Positions 27,760-32,000 of a stretch of DNA of 32,000 nucleotides are shown piece by piece. A program made the translations under genes and the position numbers. Under the pieces are notes generated by a model. It had not been told where the DNA came from, ran no database searches, and saw only the letters and a list, made by a program, of their open reading frames with translations. This stretch comes from Candidatus Altimarinota bacterium (GTDB lineage Bacteria; Patescibacteriota; Gracilibacteria; UBA1369), in assembly GCA_041659405.1 (NCBI GenBank), contig JBAZYK010000003.1:60001-92000 (forward strand), given 5' to 3'. Within the stretch, counting starts at the first letter, position 1. Every line of letters begins with the position of its first letter.

Positions 27760-27796
27760 AAAATTGCTAATTACTAATTGTTAATTGAATATAAAA

Positions 27797-28234
27797 ATGG
27801 CTGACACAACAATCACAGCACCGGCTAAAGCAAAAAACCCAGGACAGGAATATTTTTACGCTTCCGGAAAACGCAAAACTGCAATCGCCCGCGTTCGTCT
27901 TTATCCAAAAGGCAAAGGCAGCGTAGTAATCAACGAAAAGCCGGTTGAAGAATACATTAAACTTCAAACCAGCAAAGGATTAATGCTTTCCCCTCTCCGT
28001 ATTACGGGATTGGCTAAAGAGTTCGATATTTCCGTAAAAGTTATTGGTGGTGGTGTTAGCGCACAAGCTGAAGCCATCCGCCATGGAATTGCCCGCGCAC
28101 TACTTGCATACAACGACGCTTTAAGAGCTACATTAAAAAAAGCCGGCTTCCTAACACGCGACGCCCGCATCAAAGAACGCAAGAAACCAGGTCTAAAACG
28201 TGCACGCCGAGCTCCACAGTTTAGCAAAAGATAA
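27797..28234 (+). CDS. rpsI: 30S ribosomal protein S9 (uS9)
   Basis: YFYASGKRKTAIARVRLYPKGKGSVVINEKP...RKKPGLKRARRAPQFSKR; ATG at 27797. Confidence 0.96.
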   Translation: MADTTITAPAKAKNPGQEYFYASGKRKTAIARVRLYPKGKGSVVINEKPVEEYIKLQTSKGLMLSPLRITGLAKEFDISVKVIGGGVSAQAEAIRHGIARALLAYNDALRATLKKAGFLTRDARIKERKKPGLKRARRAPQFSKR

Positions 28235-28249
28235 CCTTCGGTTATCTTT
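28227..28249 (+). repeat. 10-bp hairpin overlapping the rpsI stop codon
   Basis: AAAGATAACC TTC GGTTATCTTT. Confidence 0.6.
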
Positions 28250-28274
28250 GCGCCGGCCCTACGCCGGCCTAGCA
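28250..28274 (+). repeat. Short TAGCA-tailed hairpin, divergent copy 5
   Basis: GCGCCGGCCctacGCCGGCCTAGCA: stem changed on both sides, TAGCA tail kept. Confidence 0.5.
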
Positions 28275-28333
28275 ACCAAAGCATCCCGAAGGGATACCTT
28301 ATCCCAAAGTTGCACACAATTACTCCGAAATTC

Positions 28334-28360
28334 AAAAACCCCGCTCACGCGGGGTTTTTT
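28334..28360 (+). terminator. Rho-independent terminator of the ribosomal super-operon
   Basis: AAAAACCCCGC TCAC GCGGGGTTTTTT. Confidence 0.92.
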
Positions 28361-28391
28361 AGTTGAATCTGTTAATTTATGGAATTGGGAT

Positions 28392-28637
28392 TTATTGTCT
28401 ATCGTCTTCTTCATCAACACCAATATCTTTTCCATCATCAAGATCAGTACCAGCAGCAGCTTTAACTTTTGCGCCAAAGCCTTTTAAACTTGCAGCAAAT
28501 GCCTCATCATCAAATTCTAAACCCTGTGATCGATCTGCCCCAACTACCGTCGTTTGACTAACCGCAGCACCTTCAACGGCATGAACCTTAGGAACTTCCC
28601 CATTATCCAATTTTCGACGATTTGAAACTCCACCCAT
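28392..28637 (-). CDS. Small acidic hypothetical protein (81 aa)
   Basis: ORF MGGVSNRRKLDNGEVPKVHAVEG...DDEEDDRQ region; only open-frame support. Confidence 0.4.
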   Translation of the reverse strand: MGGVSNRRKLDNGEVPKVHAVEGAAVSQTTVVGADRSQGLEFDDEAFAASLKGFGAKVKAAAGTDLDDGKDIGVDEEDDRQ

Positions 28638-29049
28638 AATAAATTGATATTAAATACGACTACATCTTAACATATTCCAAGGAGATGTCAAGAGGCTGCG
28701 CTAAAAATACGGTTATTTTGGCTTTCCAGTAAGCAAAGTGACAACTACTAAATTTTCTGTTTTAATGTCGGAATCCGGGACATCCCGAAAATCCATACTA
28801 AATAATATTTTACACAAAGGTGCAAGTTAGCAAGAGCAAGCCAAAATCCAGCCATAAATTCCGTCCCGTCCCAAAATTTCGAGTTATACAATGTGAATTA
28901 TATTTTGGCAAATTGGCAGAAACAAGGCTTGATATTCAATCACCTCCAACTTTTGCCAGGCACTACTGCCTTTGCCTCTGATCAAAAATCCTTGCAATCA
29001 AAGGTGGCTGTTTTCTAACAACGTCTACCATAAGATTTGCTTTAAATTT

Positions 29050-30414
29050 TTAGCCACCGATCGTAACTTTTTTATCAGGCAATTGAGGAATAGCCCGATT
29101 TATTCCTGGCAAAATCGAAGTCACTTTCACCACACTGCTCTCTCCTTTTCCTACAAATTCCACTTGAGTATTTACTCCATTAACAGAGTATGACCAGCTT
29201 TGGCCGGCTAAAACCTGCTTTTCCCTTGGACTTAGATGAGTAAAGGCATCATTTATATAATCATAGAAAACCTTGGCGTGAGTCTTTGGATCGCTCTTAC
29301 CACTTGAGTCAATTTGATCAAGAATAGCATTATATCTCTGTTCTCCAGGCAAAACTTTTGGCAAAACATCCTTTTCAGCATCAATAAACATAGGTTCATC
29401 AGGTGCTTTATCTGGAGCTTTTGGCTTATCAACACGTGAAAAATCCGCAGCAGAATGGAAAATAGTAACATTTTGAGCTCTTCCCATAATAGGGCTAATA
29501 AGTCCGTCCGGTTTATGAGAACTAACGCTTAAATTTAGTTGACCACGTTCTCCACGTGTAAAAACAATAGAAGTACTGATACCATTGAAATCAAAGTGCA
29601 TTGGATCGATCGGACGCCTTCTTTCATATGGGTCCTTAGGCATTTCAAACAACAAAGCTTTCTCTTCCTGTGTTAGCTGTCTCAATCTAGCACTAATATA
29701 ATCGTAAACAACCTGCGCATGAACATTTGCATTATCTTGCCCTTCAACATCAAGAATATGTTTACGCATATCCAAATATAATTGAGTCTGTTCATGATTT
29801 CCAAATTCCAATGTTATTTTAGCAAAAGCATCACCAAATTTTTGCTCCGGTGTGCGTTTATCAACCGATTCCGGTGGCTTTGGAGCCTCAGGCTTAGGGG
29901 GAGCATCTTTTTGTAGTTGACGTACATCACCACTAACATCAGGGAACTTACCATTATTCAAAAGTGCCAAATAAAGATCAGAGGCAGCCTTATTAACATT
30001 TCTTTTTTCAACTTCCGTCAAACCATTACCACGATCTATACCACCATTGCCATTCCAATCTGGCCAACCATTTGAATCAATGTAAGATTGATTACCTTTC
30101 TGTCTCCTAGCATCGATGCGATGGCCCTGCATTATATCAGTATAAAGTGACCTGATTTTCTCATAGGCAATTGGATTCTTTTTCTGAAACTGTTTATCTT
30201 TTAAAGCTAAAACTGCTGCATCAACTATATCCTGTCTTCTTTCTTTTAAATCTTCCACTTTAGGTAAAAAATTTTCATCGGTTCGACCGGCAATTTCCTG
30301 TGCTGTTTGTTTATCCGCTTTTGAAACTTCCTGCTGAGGTTTACCAGCTTCAGGTCCCTGCTGATAAGCAAAGCGAGGTGAACGATTGAATGTGAAACAT
30401 TTTAATAATTTCAT
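29050..30414 (-). CDS. Hypothetical protein (454 aa) with two related internal domains
   Basis: Long ORF; repeated HAxVxYDYI...EKxxL...NGxxT pattern. Confidence 0.75.
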   Translation of the reverse strand: MKLLKCFTFNRSPRFAYQQGPEAGKPQQEVSKADKQTAQEIAGRTDENFLPKVEDLKERRQDIVDAAVLALKDKQFQKKNPIAYEKIRSLYTDIMQGHRIDARRQKGNQSYIDSNGWPDWNGNGGIDRGNGLTEVEKRNVNKAASDLYLALLNNGKFPDVSGDVRQLQKDAPPKPEAPKPPESVDKRTPEQKFGDAFAKITLEFGNHEQTQLYLDMRKHILDVEGQDNANVHAQVVYDYISARLRQLTQEEKALLFEMPKDPYERRRPIDPMHFDFNGISTSIVFTRGERGQLNLSVSSHKPDGLISPIMGRAQNVTIFHSAADFSRVDKPKAPDKAPDEPMFIDAEKDVLPKVLPGEQRYNAILDQIDSSGKSDPKTHAKVFYDYINDAFTHLSPREKQVLAGQSWSYSVNGVNTQVEFVGKGESSVVKVTSILPGINRAIPQLPDKKVTIGG

Positions 30415-30432
30415 AAATTTTGTTGTTAATTT

Positions 30433-30792
30433 TTATGTTAATGAATTAAGTAAATTATTGGCTAGCATCTCCTCATTTTTTCTTTCAGAATTTTCTTTTT
30501 TTGAAATATTTTCCTTTGTTTCAAATTGATCAAACTCTTTTAGGGCTTTGGAAAGCAGATATAAAGTTTTGAGTTCGTCTTCTGAGTCAGTTGAATTTTG
30601 TTCTGAGTCTAAGGCAATATTTTGAACCGGAACACCAATATCAGCTTGCTTGATCGCCTTTATGGCATTTTCAATTTGCGCATCACTGTAATCGCTTATC
30701 TTACCCAGCAATTCAAAAATTTGCTCCTTTTTTAGAAGAGAAAGAAGCTTAGACTGAGCAATAGTTTTAAGAAGTAGCCTTGTGGATGACAT
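30433..30792 (-). CDS. Hypothetical protein (119 aa), probably co-transcribed with the 454-aa gene
   Basis: ORF MSSTRLLLKTIAQSKLLSLLKKEQIFELLGKISDY...; 18 bp gap to next gene on same strand. Confidence 0.6.
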   Translation of the reverse strand: MSSTRLLLKTIAQSKLLSLLKKEQIFELLGKISDYSDAQIENAIKAIKQADIGVPVQNIALDSEQNSTDSEDELKTLYLLSKALKEFDQFETKENISKKENSERKNEEMLANNLLNSLT

Positions 30793-30826
30793 TTTTATTT
30801 TTGTTTATTTTAAATGACTTCAGAGA

Positions 30827-30854
30827 ATGATAACATGAATCCCCCCCCCGTCAA
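30827..30854 (-). promoter_or_regulatory. Promoter with poly-G tract in the -35/-10 spacer
   Basis: Minus strand TTGACG - 16 nt (GGGGGGGG ATTCATGT) - TATCAT upstream of the ATG at 30792. Confidence 0.5.
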
Positions 30855-30941
30855 GCAAGATTGCCAAAAATCCGCATAAGAACTCAAAGAAAAGAGCTAA
30901 AATACGCCCGATAACAAATCTCAAATAAATTATTGATTATC

Positions 30942-31024
30942 GTGTTCAGGATTTTAGGAATTTTCCTGAATACATCCGCCGTTGCGCCCTGTGTATTCAG
31001 AAAAATTCTCAAAATCCTGAACAC
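30942..31024 (+). repeat. Long-hairpin element copy 10, divergent apical block (upstream of trmD)
   Basis: GTGTTCAGGATTTT..CTGAATACA / TGTATTCAG..AAAATCCTGAACAC; loop TCCGCCGTTGCGCCC. Confidence 0.88.
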
Positions 31025-31043
31025 CCCTTAATAATTGAATCGC

Positions 31044-31784
31044 ATGCGTTTTGACCTCCTCACCATTTTCCCGGAAATTTTTGATTCTTACCTAAAAGAA
31101 AGCATCATTAAACGCGCTCTTGAAAGCCAGAAAATCAAGATTGTGGTTCATGACATTCGTAAATTCAGCAAAGATCGGCATCATAAAGTGGATAGTACAC
31201 CTTATGGCGGCGGCGCAGGCATGCTGATGGCTCCTCAGCCGATTTATGACTGCATTGAATATGTAAAAAAATTTAATCGGGGCCCTGTAATTTTTATGAG
31301 CCCCCGCGGAAAAATCCTCAACCAGCAAAAAGTTGAGCAATTAGCCAAAATCGGACTCAGCAAAAAAAATTATCCCTGCAAAATTTTGCAAACAGCCAAA
31401 CTGGCCGAAGAAAAATCCTCATCCCTAAAGTCAAAATCAGCCAAAGAAAACGGCCTTATTTTGCTTTGTGGCCGCTATGAAGGCATTGATCAGCGCATCA
31501 TTGATTTAGCCGTTGATGAAGAACTTTCGATTGGAAAATTCGTTCTAACCGGCGGAGAACTCGCAGCAATGATCGTTGTGGATGCGGTTAGTAGATTAGT
31601 TCCGGGCGTTCTGGGAGATGAAGCTTCACACGAAGAAGAAAGCTTTAGCAAAGCCCTAAAACGCAAAAAAGAATATCCCCATTATACCCGACCGGAAGTC
31701 TTTAAAGGCCTGGAAGTGCCGGAAGTTTTGCGTAGTGGCCATCATGCCAAAATCAAAAAATGGCGGGAAGAAAAATTGAGCTGA
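31044..31784 (+). CDS. trmD: tRNA (guanine-N1)-methyltransferase
   Basis: MRFDLLTIFPEIFDSYLKESIIKRA...YGGGAGMLMAP...LCGRYEGIDQRI...GGELAAMIVVDAVSRLVPGVLG; ATG at 31044 preferred over the track's TTG. Confidence 0.96.
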   Translation: MRFDLLTIFPEIFDSYLKESIIKRALESQKIKIVVHDIRKFSKDRHHKVDSTPYGGGAGMLMAPQPIYDCIEYVKKFNRGPVIFMSPRGKILNQQKVEQLAKIGLSKKNYPCKILQTAKLAEEKSSSLKSKSAKENGLILLCGRYEGIDQRIIDLAVDEELSIGKFVLTGGELAAMIVVDAVSRLVPGVLGDEASHEEESFSKALKRKKEYPHYTRPEVFKGLEVPEVLRSGHHAKIKKWREEKLS

Positions 31785-31866
31785 TTTTAATAGAATCCAT
31801 CCCTGAAAAGCTTTCCTAAATCCCCCATCTGACATACAATTTGCACAATCATCTATCCAAAGAATT

Positions 31867-32000
31867 ATGAATGAGGCGCTCAAGTCGCTTTTGGCCCAAC
31901 ACCAATCTTCATTAGACGGTTTATCAAATGAGGAAGCCCAAAAACGACTAATCACTTTTGGTAAAAACGAACTTATCGCTGGCAAAAAAAAGTCTTATTT
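31867..32000 (+). CDS. N-terminal fragment of a cation-transporting P-type ATPase (runs off the window)
   Basis: MNEALKSLLAQHQSSLDGLSNEEAQKRLITFGKNELIAGKKKSY: resembles the cation ATPase N-terminal domain (GLSxEEAxxRLxxxGxNEL). Confidence 0.65.
   Translation, partial: MNEALKSLLAQHQSSLDGLSNEEAQKRLITFGKNELIAGKKKSY

Noticed and set aside
28200-28487. ORFs around the rpsI 3' end and terminator
   Set aside because: They read through the strong terminator and hairpins; low-complexity antisense frames.

Overview
This window is a long ribosomal-protein super-operon with gene order str (rpsL-rpsG-//-fusA-tuf), S10, spc, alpha, then rplM-rpsI. It is followed by an accessory minus-strand pair, trmD, and the start of a P-type ATPase. 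The absence of rpmD (L30), AT-rich spacers, SD-poor starts and low-complexity tails on ribosomal proteins are compatible with a candidate-phyla (CPR/Patescibacteria-like) genome, but this is inference. The most interesting signals are non-coding. (1) Ten copies of a ~78-83 bp long-hairpin element carry a conserved apical block, CATCCGGGGTAGGGGCCCTGTG. Each lies 19-41 nt upstream of a start codon (fusA, rpsJ, rpsS, rpsC, adk [inverted], rpsM, rpsK, rpoA, rplQ, trmD). Arm sequences differ between copies but stay complementary. (2) A phased ACTAATT/TAATTAC heptad spacer sits just before many start codons that lack a clear Shine-Dalgarno. (3) A ~1.8 kb array of tiny ORFs inserted between rpsG and fusA is separated by attC-like imperfect palindromes, resembling an integron cassette array. 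(4) A second short hairpin family ends in TAGCA (5 copies). (5) A minus-strand promoter has a poly-G tract between its -35 and -10 elements. Annotations were made by recognition of protein sequence only; no searches or folding were run.
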